Origin: a virus
Taxonomy: Duplodnaviria; Caudoviricetes
Virus record (IMG/VR): IMGVR_UViG_3300012173_000004
Coordinates: 1 to 64,000 of that record
Strand: one strand, 5' to 3'
DNA: 64,000 bases
Part shown: positions 1 to 10,029 of the stretch, piece after piece
Position numbering within the stretch: the first letter of the stretch is position 1
How the letters are laid out: each line of letters starts with the position of its first letter
Position numbers and translations under genes: made by a program
The notes under the pieces: generated by a model
What the model saw: only the letters and a program-made list of their open reading frames with translations
Told to the model about the DNA's origin: nothing
Database searches by the model: none

Positions 1-6
1 CCTTTT

Positions 7-888
7 TTGAAGAATGTACCGAAAGAAAAACTTTTTGTACCAACCGGAGGTGTTCAACACCGTATCCGCATCTTACCGCCTTGGAGTGCAACAGGTCTTT
101 TTGCTCGTTTTGCAAAGACTCATTGGCGCGTAGGTGCATCAGGCAAAGCTTTCGTATGCCCTGATATGTGGGAAGAGGGCACTTGTCCTTTTTGCAAAAC
201 CTGGGCACAGATCCGCCAGCAGTACGATTTGTACCAAGTTGACGTACTCGCCATACGTGCGAATCCGAGATATTATTCTAACATCATTAATGTCACTGAA
301 CCACATAAGGGCGTACAAGTTTACACCTATGGTAAGAGAGTTTACCAAATGCTGAAGGGTATTCAAGACTCTGGTAGCTTTGGTGACATTACTGATCCCA
401 TCAATGGCGTGGATCTGATACTTCAGCGTACAGGTCAGGGTATGCAAATCCAAGATGTCATCTATCCCATACCACAGCATACACCGATCCAGAATCCTGA
501 TTGGCTGGACCAGCTGTACAACTTGGATGACATTTTTAGCTTGCCTGATTTAGAGGATATTGAGGCATGCCACAAGACGCATCCTTGGAGGGTCTACAAT
601 CCCAACGCTGCAGCTGGAGCGCCAGCCAGCATTCCAGTATTTACAATGCCTCCACCCGTTGCTCCTACGCCTTTTGCTCCTCCAGCATCTGTACGATTTA
701 CACCGCCTGTGATGCCGGCTGCCACACCTTCCTGGCCTCCCGCTCAGCCTTCTCCTATAGTTGTCGAAACTGCTCATCCTGCTCAGCCTGCTCCTGCTCA
801 GCCTGCTCCTGCTGCAAGCACCATGAGCAGTATTCAGTCTTTGGAAGATAGGATTCGCGCCAAGTTGACAGCAGCCAAACCACAGTAA
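7..888 (+). CDS. T4 gp32-like single-stranded DNA-binding protein (probably 5'-truncated by the window edge)
   Basis: RIRILPP, CP..CPFC zinc motif, RYYSN, YGKRVY and DITDP..G.DL motifs; adjacent to recA; frame is open back to base 1. Confidence 0.75.
   Translation: MKNVPKEKLFVPTGGVQHRIRILPPWSATGLFARFAKTHWRVGASGKAFVCPDMWEEGTCPFCKTWAQIRQQYDLYQVDVLAIRANPRYYSNIINVTEPHKGVQVYTYGKRVYQMLKGIQDSGSFGDITDPINGVDLILQRTGQGMQIQDVIYPIPQHTPIQNPDWLDQLYNLDDIFSLPDLEDIEACHKTHPWRVYNPNAAAGAPASIPVFTMPPPVAPTPFAPPASVRFTPPVMPAATPSWPPAQPSPIVVETAHPAQPAPAQPAPAASTMSSIQSLEDRIRAKLTAAKPQ
778..813 (+). repeat. 15-bp tandem repeat (CCTGCTCAGCCTGCT x2.4) encoding PAQPA repeats in the SSB tail
   Basis: Read directly from the sequence. 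Confidence 0.8.
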
Positions 889-896
889 GGAGATCT

Positions 897-2171
897 ATGG
901 CACGTGACGATGTTATTGAAAGAACAGTCAAAGAGTTCACTAAGAAGTTTGGTGAGGGTACTGCCTGTACTTTGACTAAGATGTTCGCCCCTGAAAATGT
1001 TAAGGGATTTGTACCCACTGGTAATTTAGCCATCGACTGGGTTATCGGCAGACCTGGTTTCCCGTTGGGACGCATTAGTGAAATTGCAGGCCCATTCTCC
1101 AGTGGCAAGAGTTCAATCGTTGCACAGGCCATAGGCGCAGCTCAGAGACAAGGTATTGTCTGCGTATTAGCTGATACTGAGCACAGCTATGATTCCTCAT
1201 GGTCTAGGCGCTTTGGGGTAGATCCCGAACATCTGATTTTGCTGCAGCCTCAGCATCTTGAAGCTCTTTTTGATGAAATTCAGTTTGTCATTGAGGTTGT
1301 TAAAGAGGGGAAGGATCCAACGCCAATGTTTATCGTAGCTGATAGTGTGTCAGCTACGCCAGCGTCTGCTGAACTTGAAATGGAAGATTCGACAGGTTCT
1401 CAAGCTCGTGGCTTACATGCCAGGATCATTTCTCAGGGTTTGCGCAAGCTGAGCAATTTGATTTGGAATGAGAGTGTTGCTTTGCTATTCGTCTCCCAGT
1501 TGAAAGACAATCCTGGCATCATGTACGGTACTAACAAATCAAAGATTGGTGGCCACGCAATTGATTTTCATGCAGGCCTGCTTCTCGAAACTCGTAAGCT
1601 AGCTCAAAAGAAAGGCGAGGGAGAAACTGAGAAGATCATTGGCCAAACCATCCAAGTCCATTCCACGAAGAATAAATTTGTCCCTCCTTTTAGGACCCGG
1701 ACATTTGATCTTTTCTTTGACTCTGGTATCCGACCTAAAGAAATTGCCCTAAGTTTTCTCAGTGATCCAGATTTGCTTGGTAGGATCAAAGCCGGCGGTG
1801 GCTGGTATGAATACGACGGCAAAAAGTACCGTAAAGATGAATTGGCAGCGTTACTTGATGATGCCATTATCTCTGATACCTACAGGTCCTTGGGTTTAAT
1901 TCAAGTCCCTGCATCAGAGCAAGTACAGAAAGTGATTGAGACCAAGAAAGAGGCGACAGTAGTATCTCCCGCACTTAAGGCTGAATTAGCAGATAAGTTT
2001 CCTGTTGTTGATTCTAATAACATTAATCCTTCACAAATTATTCGTGCTGAATCACCTAGTGGAAGTGCACCAATTGTATCTTCTGTGGAAATCGTTGCAA
2101 AGGATGACACCGGTACTTTAAACACTACCGTTGTTAAGCTTGAAGGGGTTGTTTCCATCAAGGATCTGTAA
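897..2171 (+). CDS. recA: RecA/UvsX-like recombinase
   Basis: PTGNLAID, GRISEIAGPFSSGKS (Walker A), DTEHS, ADSVSA, GGHAIDFHA and KNK motifs. Confidence 0.95.
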   Translation: MARDDVIERTVKEFTKKFGEGTACTLTKMFAPENVKGFVPTGNLAIDWVIGRPGFPLGRISEIAGPFSSGKSSIVAQAIGAAQRQGIVCVLADTEHSYDSSWSRRFGVDPEHLILLQPQHLEALFDEIQFVIEVVKEGKDPTPMFIVADSVSATPASAELEMEDSTGSQARGLHARIISQGLRKLSNLIWNESVALLFVSQLKDNPGIMYGTNKSKIGGHAIDFHAGLLLETRKLAQKKGEGETEKIIGQTIQVHSTKNKFVPPFRTRTFDLFFDSGIRPKEIALSFLSDPDLLGRIKAGGGWYEYDGKKYRKDELAALLDDAIISDTYRSLGLIQVPASEQVQKVIETKKEATVVSPALKAELADKFPVVDSNNINPSQIIRAESPSGSAPIVSSVEIVAKDDTGTLNTTVVKLEGVVSIKDL

Positions 2172-2704
2172 TGCTATCAGATGAACAAAGATCTAAGATC
2201 GCTAAGCGATCTAGTGCCAAGGGTGGAGAGTATGAACGTCGAGTTGCTAAACTCATAGCTTCATACTTTGGTATGGATTGGGGTAAAGCCTTCTTACGCA
2301 CTAAGCGTACTACAGGGGGTCAACCACATGGTGATTTAAAGCCTATCGACGATATGTACATTGTATGGAAGGGTGGAGGTTATGGTTCCATTGAATGTAA
2401 GTGTCGCAAGGAATGGGGCTTTAATGAGATTTTTAAGAATCCACGCAAATGTACTGTCTTTGATTACTGGGTTAAAAGTCGTGACGACACGAAAGATGAA
2501 AAAACAGTTGTAATCTTTACCAAGGCCGGTGTAACAGATTACATCTTATTCCCACTTCAGCAGGACTTTATTTTTCATGGTGCCTTTGCGTCCTTTGAAG
2601 CTGAAGGCAAACGCTTTATGATTACTACTCTTAAAGACTTCCTCAGGTTTACCTGGCCTAATGAACCAGAACACATCTCCCAGGGTGACGAATCGGGAGC
2701 TTAA
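2171..2704 (+). CDS. Holliday junction resolvase-like PD-(D/E)XK nuclease
   Basis: KGGEYERRVAK..GDL..IECK motif set; follows recA. Confidence 0.8.
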   Translation: MLSDEQRSKIAKRSSAKGGEYERRVAKLIASYFGMDWGKAFLRTKRTTGGQPHGDLKPIDDMYIVWKGGGYGSIECKCRKEWGFNEIFKNPRKCTVFDYWVKSRDDTKDEKTVVIFTKAGVTDYILFPLQQDFIFHGAFASFEAEGKRFMITTLKDFLRFTWPNEPEHISQGDESGA

Positions 2705-2721
2705 TGCTATACTTATGAGGT

Positions 2722-3246
2722 ATGGCAAAGCAGCCGGATCTCGAACGTAGGCGTAATGCTTATCGCCTCTATTTACGTTGTCGCAACCTTTTACAGGTAT
2801 CCAGAGAGTTAGGAATACCAGCGGCAACCTTACACGTATGGAAAAAGCAAGAGGATTGGGATGCCAAGATAAGCAGGGATCAAGAATTACTTACTCAGGC
2901 CCGTTCGGCTATTGCCCGTGCCCAGCAAAGTGCTGAGACAGCTGACCAGATAAATGAGCTTAAATTACTTGATTTCCTTGAGGGAAAAGTAGCAGAACTT
3001 CTGGTCACTGAAGAAGTACGTCCTACCAGTTGGAAAGATGTTCTAGACACTGTTAAGCTTGTTTCCCACCAGCGTCGTTTGATTACTGGTGATCCCACCG
3101 AAAATAATACCATTGAGACATCAGCAATGAAAGAAAAAGATCTCGACGATGAGATCATCAAATTACGCCGAGCCTTGGCTGAGGCTGAAAATAAGCTACC
3201 TGTCCCTGCAGATATAGTACCCGCGGAGAAGGAACCACATGAATGA
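2722..3246 (+). CDS. terS: Terminase small subunit (N-terminal HTH)
   Basis: HTH VSRELGIPAATLHVWKKQEDWD; lies immediately upstream of terL. Confidence 0.7.
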   Translation: MAKQPDLERRRNAYRLYLRCRNLLQVSRELGIPAATLHVWKKQEDWDAKISRDQELLTQARSAIARAQQSAETADQINELKLLDFLEGKVAELLVTEEVRPTSWKDVLDTVKLVSHQRRLITGDPTENNTIETSAMKEKDLDDEIIKLRRALAEAENKLPVPADIVPAEKEPHE

Positions 3247-4697
3247 GTTCCTTCGACGAAAAATTTAGGTTATATCAGCTTCTTAAAGAAAAGACAATTC
3301 GTCGCGCCCGCGAAGATCCTGCAGCTTTTATTCGTTACGTATTTGATTATGAAGCTACTACCATGCACGAGACATGGCATAGTTTTATGAATACGCATCG
3401 CTTTGGTCAGATGTTGGCAGCTCGTGGTAGTGGCAAGAGTGAACAGGTTACTGTTGGCAGGGTTCTTTGGGAGATCGGTAAGAATCCCAATCTGCGTGTC
3501 AAGATTGTTACTGAAGCTGATGATCGTGCACAAGATCTCATTGTACGCATATCAACGACTATTCTTGAAAATGAGAAATTTAAAGAGATCTTTCCTAATT
3601 GTGTTCCTGCTTCTCTTGGTACTTGGACTAAGTCTAAAATTACGGTTAGACGCAACGTGGCACATACAGACGCCACTGTTGAAGGTTCTGGTGTATTGAC
3701 GTCCTCAACTGGTGGCCGCGCTGATTTAATTATATTTGACGACGTTTCTGGTTATCGTAATAGTTTGGTTTTCCCGCGTTTACGTCAGCAGGTCAAAGAA
3801 GCATTCCATTCAAATTGGCTTAACATGTCTGACGGCGCTGCATTTCGTTGGTACATGGTAGGTACACCCTGGCACGTAGAAGATGTTGTTTCAGAGATAC
3901 GTGCTAACAACATGATACCCAAGTGCCGTGAATACTGGGTTGGAGATAATTTTGAGTCTCATTGGCCAGAGCGCTACGATTCAGAATACTTTAGAGGCAA
4001 GTTAGCTGTTTCAGGTACACGGCATTACAACAGAGCATATCGTGGAGTAGCTCTCACAGACGAAGAGTCCTGGATTAATGCAACGGCTGTTGACTCTTCA
4101 CGAGACTATGAGTTAAAAGCTTTCGACGTTATTATAAACACTGAAGTTATCAAATTCGTCGGTGTGGATTTGGGACATCGGCCTGGCGTCGAGAATTGCC
4201 CCTCAGTGATTTATACTTTGGGTCGAGCTCCCACTGCCAAACGTATTCCATGTGAGATTCGTATTCTTAGACGCAACGAGCCATTAGAAACTGCCCGCTC
4301 TATAATTGAGGTATGTGAGAGGATGAAACCTGCCAAGGTTTATGTTGAAAACAATGGCGCGCAGAAGTATTTAGTCGACATCATTCAATCTCTTGTACCT
4401 CAGTTAGGTTTGCCCATTGAAGGTTACTTTACGGGCAATCAGAAGTTGGATGTTAATGTGGGAATACCCTCATTGATGGCAGAGATTGAAACAGGTCAAT
4501 GGAAGATTCCATTGGGTGCTGGTGGTGATCATGACAAAGCCTGTCAGTGCTCTTTTTGTTATTGGATGCAGGAAGTTAAAGATTATCCAAACTCACATAG
4601 TGACGCCCTGATGGCCGGTTGGCTGGCATTAGAGGCGCTTCGTAAAATAAGCGAACGTAAGGGCGGCGGTTTTTCAGTATGGAATTACAGGACGTAG
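3243..4697 (+). CDS. terL: Terminase large subunit
   Basis: Walker A ARGSGKS, Walker B GGRADLIIFDD, GTPWH, RNase H-like GVDLG, VENNGAQ and HSDALMA. Confidence 0.93.
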   Translation: MSSFDEKFRLYQLLKEKTIRRAREDPAAFIRYVFDYEATTMHETWHSFMNTHRFGQMLAARGSGKSEQVTVGRVLWEIGKNPNLRVKIVTEADDRAQDLIVRISTTILENEKFKEIFPNCVPASLGTWTKSKITVRRNVAHTDATVEGSGVLTSSTGGRADLIIFDDVSGYRNSLVFPRLRQQVKEAFHSNWLNMSDGAAFRWYMVGTPWHVEDVVSEIRANNMIPKCREYWVGDNFESHWPERYDSEYFRGKLAVSGTRHYNRAYRGVALTDEESWINATAVDSSRDYELKAFDVIINTEVIKFVGVDLGHRPGVENCPSVIYTLGRAPTAKRIPCEIRILRRNEPLETARSIIEVCERMKPAKVYVENNGAQKYLVDIIQSLVPQLGLPIEGYFTGNQKLDVNVGIPSLMAEIETGQWKIPLGAGGDHDKACQCSFCYWMQEVKDYPNSHSDALMAGWLALEALRKISERKGGGFSVWNYRT

Positions 4698-4707
4698 GTG
4701 GAGTGGC

Positions 4708-6207
4708 ATGATCTACGACGCACGTGGCAATGAAGTACCTGCTAGCGATACCCGCTTTGATGCTGAGCCTCTATCAATATCTAAAGCGCTTCCCAATGCT
4801 GCCACACGTGCAGCAAGTGCTGGGACTTGGCCTTTTTCATATGCAGTGCATCCCCAAACTTTTGGTCGCCTAAGTTTTAGTTTGTTACGTGACATTTATG
4901 AAATGTCATCTAGCGTTCGACCCATTGTGGATGGTCTAGCTCGTGAAGTCGCATATATTCCTTGGAACATTGTATTTAAAGATAGAATGTTCCATGATCC
5001 CCAAGAGGTAAAAGAATATTGTACTTTCATGCAGATGCCGAACTTGGATCGTGAAACTTTGTCTACCATAATGACAAAGTTTATTACTGATTTATTGGTC
5101 ATAGGCAGAGGTGTCATACAGAAGGTTAGGGATTCTAATGGAATACTGCGGGAATTGCTGGCCAAGGATGGCGCTCTTTTTGCACCTAAGTATGATGGCT
5201 TCGGTATCCTCTTGGGTTACACTGAATTTGAACGTGGCACCATTACGCCTACTATGGTGCATCCTAAGGAAGATATCATTTTTAGGAATTTTACACCTAA
5301 CACTTATCGACCCACAGGCACACCTATAATTGAAACCATTGTTAATGAAATTTCATTGTTGATGCTTTCTGTTAAGACCATTGGTTGGACTTTCTCTAAT
5401 GATGAAATTCCTCCTGGTGTATTAGCCATCGGCAAGATTGCAACTGAAGCATTGGAACGTGCACGTGCCTCTTTCGAAGCTGGCCGTGGTATCAATACTT
5501 CTAGCAATCAGATGAAGGTTATTGATAATGTTGAGGGAGAAGTTAAATGGATTCAGTTCACACGACCTTTCCGTGAATTGCAAGTTGCAGAATTAATCCC
5601 CATCATTGAAAAAATCATAACTAAGAACTTTGGTGTCTCTGCTGTTGAATCTGGCCTGGCAGATGCCTCACAGGGCACAGCTAAGATCGCAGTCAGTGCT
5701 TCGCAGTCCAAATTAATTGGACCTCTAATGGGAATGGTATCTGAAGCCATTACTCTAGAAGTACTAGCAGAGATGAACCCTGATGTGGAGTTCACTTATT
5801 CTAAGGTCCCTCAACAAGATTTTTTGCCACAAACACAGGCTTGGATTCAGATGTGGCGTAGTGGTTTAGCTTCGCGTAATCGTGCGCTAACAGCTCTAGG
5901 TCAAATGCCTGTAAAGGGTGGGGATATATTTACTGTGCTCCTTGGTAATGAAGTTGTACCTCTAGATGAAGATACAGGCCTACCCATTTATCGCAATCCT
6001 ACTCCAGGTACACCCCCTGCAGACCAAGCTGCAAATCGAAATCCAGGTAATCAGCAACAGCAAACAGCAGCTGAAAAGGCGGATGAAGCTATAGCCATTG
6101 AATTGAATCCTGATTTCTTTGAAGAAGTGTTCGACGTCGAAGACGATGGTAGTCTTGAACATGCTAAACGAAAAAGAAAAAGACGCCGCCTTATCAATCC
6201 TTATTAA
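4708..6207 (+). CDS. Portal protein
   Basis: Follows terL; PN...T..F...DLL.IG, G.PIIE, F.N..IP.GVL and FGVS motifs of HK97-like portals. Confidence 0.88.
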   Translation: MIYDARGNEVPASDTRFDAEPLSISKALPNAATRAASAGTWPFSYAVHPQTFGRLSFSLLRDIYEMSSSVRPIVDGLAREVAYIPWNIVFKDRMFHDPQEVKEYCTFMQMPNLDRETLSTIMTKFITDLLVIGRGVIQKVRDSNGILRELLAKDGALFAPKYDGFGILLGYTEFERGTITPTMVHPKEDIIFRNFTPNTYRPTGTPIIETIVNEISLLMLSVKTIGWTFSNDEIPPGVLAIGKIATEALERARASFEAGRGINTSSNQMKVIDNVEGEVKWIQFTRPFRELQVAELIPIIEKIITKNFGVSAVESGLADASQGTAKIAVSASQSKLIGPLMGMVSEAITLEVLAEMNPDVEFTYSKVPQQDFLPQTQAWIQMWRSGLASRNRALTALGQMPVKGGDIFTVLLGNEVVPLDEDTGLPIYRNPTPGTPPADQAANRNPGNQQQQTAAEKADEAIAIELNPDFFEEVFDVEDDGSLEHAKRKRKRRRLINPY

Positions 6208-8767
6208 AAGGGTTCCTAATGTTCAAGCTGCTAAGGATGCAATTGTCCCAGACATAGACATTCCTGAATCTATTCGTCCTGACAAGCTTGGTATTACTGC
6301 CCCGTTAGTTATTCCTGAAGGCGAAAGAGTTGCTTATGTTAAGATGCATTCTCTGCGCAAGACCTTTGCCCATCAGCTTTTGCTCCGCTGGAATAAGTTT
6401 AAATTGGAATATTTGCAAACACTTGACAAGGCATTGGACAAAGAGCAAAAGAATGTATTCCAAGACATGGTCAATGACTTTAGTGATATTGCCCTTAAGG
6501 CTTTTCAGCAGGGTGTCAACATTGGCAACGGTTATTTTGAAGAGCAGTTCAAAGTACGCGGCTTAAACGAAAAGCAGCAAGCCCAGCTGGTTAATAAGCA
6601 CTTAGGTATTTTCGAAGATAAGTCCTACAATCTTTTTTACAAGGAAGCTGCTTCTGTTATAGACGGTGAAACACCTGCGAAGCAAAAGAGTCTTCTTGAC
6701 GGCTTTGACCGCTTTCTATTAAACTACGCTAATGTAGCTGTAAGCATTGCTTATGATACTTTTACACGGGGGATTTCGCTTCTTAACCGCTCAGTAGGTG
6801 CAGCCTTTAAGATAGGTGGTTTAGGACTGCCCACTGATCCTGTTAAAGTTATTTGGGTACTAGCTGAGGATGCTACGCATTCTATCGATTGTGAAGCCAT
6901 GGCTCTGGGGGTTGATGGTGATGGCTCTGGTATATGGGATGCTCGCCAATTAGCTGAGATGGGTTTGATGCCCGGTTCTTCTCTTTTAGATTGCGGCGGC
7001 AATTGTCGTTGTCATCTATCATCATATGTGCCATTGGATGCAAGCGCTGCAAGCTGGCTTGATAGTATGACTGAAGCCGCTCCAGTTCGTAATGCCCTAC
7101 GTGTTCAACCTAACTTAAGTAGTGGCGCTTTACGTAAGTTGCTTGAGACTGAGGGTATAACGCTCAATATTGCTGATGAAGAAATTTTTAGTTCGATTCT
7201 GGCTAATCCCTTATTACGTCGGAGGGAGTTATGGAAGGAACTAGATAGCTTCACCTTGAAGGTGGTGGAGGGTGAAACTTTTGCAGCTGACGGCTTAACT
7301 GTTGTTCGCAATCGTGGTAGTCTTGGTAAATTACCAGATACTATTGAATTGGCTGTTACACTGCCTAAGGGTAAAATATTCACCAGCCTAACACAGTTTG
7401 AAAAAGATGAAATTGTACGGGTGGCAGCCCATGAGTTTGGCCACACGATTGCTTTTCCCCTAAAGACAACTGTTACATCTAATATTCTTGATAAGGAAGC
7501 AGCTACTCTACTTATTGACACTGCAGGTCGCTCCTTAGATGCTGCCGTAGCTCGCATTAGTGCTAATTTTGAAAATGCTGTCCGTGCTATGTCAGCTTCA
7601 ACGATGACGTCTCAGATGCGAAAAGATATTGTTGTAATGAAGACCTTCCTGGCAGATCCCCAAAATCTGATTGAGTCTATTTTTGACGCTGTTCAGAAAG
7701 ATGTCCCTTTTGGATCTGTAAGCGGTCGTGATGCTTGGCGTATGTTGGAAAATGCCATTGCACAATATTCTACTAGTACGCGCCTGTTGACAGCCTATCA
7801 GCTACGTAGTTCTAATGAATATCTGGCAGAATGGCTTTCGGTATTGTTTACAAATCCTGAAAGAGCAGCAGTACTTGATCCTGATCTGAATAAGCTTATG
7901 GCTAAAGTGCTACCCACCTTCTTTGATTCAGCTGCTGTCCGGCGGGCATCTACTCTATTACCTGATTCCTTGGCCTTGGCCTTTCGACTAGATGTCCCTA
8001 CGCCAGGCGGTTTAACACCGATAGCACCTAACGTAATTGACTTCGGTTCTTTAATTGATAGTTTTATTTCTAAGTCAAAGCGTTTTACCACTGAAGCAGT
8101 TCAGAAAGATTTGTTAAGTGTTTTAGAATCTAATCCGCTGCTGCAGCGTTCTGAATATTTTAAAAACTTAGAGGTAAGTTTTGTGGATCGTATTCAGATG
8201 GGTAAGATGTCAGGTTCACGAAATAACATTGGTTTTTTTGATAAGGGCATTTTCACTGTTAATTTTGATTACTGGAATACGTTAACGAAGTCTCAGAAGC
8301 AGGCAACATTGGCTGATGTGATTGCTGAACAGCTCTGGCGTGACGCTAAGCCTCTTATTAAGACAGAAATAAAAGATGCTTATCGTAAAGATTATTTAGG
8401 TCGTACTCTAGATTATTTACAAAATAAGGCAGGTATCCAGCGTATTGGTACTAAGATGGTAGCTGAAATCAGAGCTACTGCTCTGGGAGTTGGTGAAAAG
8501 AAAGGTGATTTAACTTTTTGGACACGGAACTATGAGCAGTACTTTCAGCCAGTGTTAAAGAATATTCCAGATTTACCACTTATGAATCTTGACAGCCTAG
8601 CCAGTCCAAAGGACTTCTGGATGTCCTGGTTTCGGTTATACGTGACACAGCCGTCTTACGCAGCGTATTATAGTAGGGACTTGTTTGAAATTTTAGGGGC
8701 TCAATTACGTCTAGGCGTTTTAGGGAAAATGTTTAATTTTTTAGGGGGTTGGAAAACATGGCATTAA
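6119..8767 (+). CDS. MuF/SPP1 gp7-like head morphogenesis protein with C-terminal zincin metallopeptidase plus a degenerate duplicate domain (likely start 6146 or 6161)
   Basis: Position after portal; W..AED..HSIDC and PG..L.CGGNCRC MuF-type motif; HEFGH at 7430-7444 followed by EYLAE. Confidence 0.7.
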   Translation: MKKCSTSKTMVVLNMLNEKEKDAALSILIKRVPNVQAAKDAIVPDIDIPESIRPDKLGITAPLVIPEGERVAYVKMHSLRKTFAHQLLLRWNKFKLEYLQTLDKALDKEQKNVFQDMVNDFSDIALKAFQQGVNIGNGYFEEQFKVRGLNEKQQAQLVNKHLGIFEDKSYNLFYKEAASVIDGETPAKQKSLLDGFDRFLLNYANVAVSIAYDTFTRGISLLNRSVGAAFKIGGLGLPTDPVKVIWVLAEDATHSIDCEAMALGVDGDGSGIWDARQLAEMGLMPGSSLLDCGGNCRCHLSSYVPLDASAASWLDSMTEAAPVRNALRVQPNLSSGALRKLLETEGITLNIADEEIFSSILANPLLRRRELWKELDSFTLKVVEGETFAADGLTVVRNRGSLGKLPDTIELAVTLPKGKIFTSLTQFEKDEIVRVAAHEFGHTIAFPLKTTVTSNILDKEAATLLIDTAGRSLDAAVARISANFENAVRAMSASTMTSQMRKDIVVMKTFLADPQNLIESIFDAVQKDVPFGSVSGRDAWRMLENAIAQYSTSTRLLTAYQLRSSNEYLAEWLSVLFTNPERAAVLDPDLNKLMAKVLPTFFDSAAVRRASTLLPDSLALAFRLDVPTPGGLTPIAPNVIDFGSLIDSFISKSKRFTTEAVQKDLLSVLESNPLLQRSEYFKNLEVSFVDRIQMGKMSGSRNNIGFFDKGIFTVNFDYWNTLTKSQKQATLADVIAEQLWRDAKPLIKTEIKDAYRKDYLGRTLDYLQNKAGIQRIGTKMVAEIRATALGVGEKKGDLTFWTRNYEQYFQPVLKNIPDLPLMNLDSLASPKDFWMSWFRLYVTQPSYAAYYSRDLFEILGAQLRLGVLGKMFNFLGGWKTWH

Positions 8768-9153
8768 CGCCAAGTGAAGAAAAAACACTACTTCAGTCCT
8801 TTGCCCGCCTAGGTCAGGTTTGGGGTGTGGCACGTAAGGGTTATATTGCTACTGTTAATGGTGCCATTGTTGGGACCTGGGCTTGGAATACATCTAAGAT
8901 GCTCATTAACCCCAATGACAAAGAATTTACTAAGACCATTCGTGGTTTACAAAAGTCAGGTATCTTACATCGCGTACCTGTTCAGGGTCCTACTTTAAAG
9001 GATTTTGATCAGGCAGAAGCTGTTTCTGATAGTTCTCGCCTTGAAGCGATGCCTCTTAATCAGGCTAACCCTGGCCTACTAGATTATGCGTTAAAGCAGC
9101 TGGGTTATCTGGTTATTGATTCAAATCTTCCTGTTGCCAATGGAGGCGAGTAG
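8758..9153 (+). CDS. Hypothetical protein (candidate immunity or partner of the MuF fusion)
   Basis: ORF overlaps the upstream stop and is coupled to the next gene. Confidence 0.55.
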   Translation: MALTPSEEKTLLQSFARLGQVWGVARKGYIATVNGAIVGTWAWNTSKMLINPNDKEFTKTIRGLQKSGILHRVPVQGPTLKDFDQAEAVSDSSRLEAMPLNQANPGLLDYALKQLGYLVIDSNLPVANGGE

Positions 9154-10028
9154 TGGAAGAAGATATTGTTTTAGATGTGGATCTACCCCCAGATTTTGAA
9201 GGCGCGTTAGGCGCTATTCAACCTGTTGGTTTCTATATCATTGATACACCTGAATTACTAGAACTGGCAGGTGTTGGCGGAGCTGTAGCAGCAGTGGCTG
9301 CTAGAGCATTGTCTGTGTTTCAAGGCGCAAAAGGTTTTTGGATTACGACCCGTTCTGGCGCCAGAGTTTTTATTTCAGAAGAAGCGGCTGCCCGCTCAGC
9401 TAGTTCTGCACGTGTCACTGCTAATGGAGGCGTTAGTGAAAGTGAACGTCGTATGGTAGCGGCTGCCTTTAATAAATTACCTGAAGGCGTCCGCAAAGAA
9501 ATTAGTGCAATTGAAGTCTTTGAAAAATCTCCTAATCAACCCATGATTGGTGGCAGAAAGTTAAATGTCCTAGGACAATGGGATGAACAGAATAAAACTC
9601 TTCATGTTTTCATGGCAGGAGTTCGAAAGAATCCTGCTGCTTTAGATCATGTGCTAGCTCATGAATCTGGCCATGCAGTTTATGATCGGAACCTGTATCC
9701 TATTAGTGCTGGCTCTTCAGGTGCTACTCCTGCTTTGGCATCAGCACATAGGCGCTTTACAGCCGCATCAGTGAAGGAAGGTGGTATTACCGATTATGCT
9801 CAGAGTCATTTGACAAATGCTGAAACAGTTGCCCGCACAGGTCAGCCTGCTCATGCGTATAAAGAATTGTACAACAATGAAAACTTTGCGGAGTTCCATG
9901 CACTCTACCGCCAGGCAAAGCAGGATGCATCAGGTGCTAACAAATTAGTTTGGGATTTGCAAACAGGTACCCATCCTGAATCAACAGCAGCTTTTCTTGA
10001 TATTGCTCAGCAGTTAGGGATTTCATAA
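9153..10028 (+). CDS. Zincin metallopeptidase with N-terminal WIT..G..VFI head-associated motif
   Basis: LAHESGH at ~9654-9674, then ITDYA and NENFAE. Confidence 0.7.
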   Translation: MEEDIVLDVDLPPDFEGALGAIQPVGFYIIDTPELLELAGVGGAVAAVAARALSVFQGAKGFWITTRSGARVFISEEAAARSASSARVTANGGVSESERRMVAAAFNKLPEGVRKEISAIEVFEKSPNQPMIGGRKLNVLGQWDEQNKTLHVFMAGVRKNPAALDHVLAHESGHAVYDRNLYPISAGSSGATPALASAHRRFTAASVKEGGITDYAQSHLTNAETVARTGQPAHAYKELYNNENFAEFHALYRQAKQDASGANKLVWDLQTGTHPESTAAFLDIAQQLGIS

Positions 10029-10029
10029 T

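Noticed and set aside
6107-6207. Portal-MuF fusion by frameshift, or an NLS-like KRKRKRRR portal tail
   Set aside because: The downstream frame is +1 with no convincing slippery site; the basic run is explained by overlap with the MuF N-terminus
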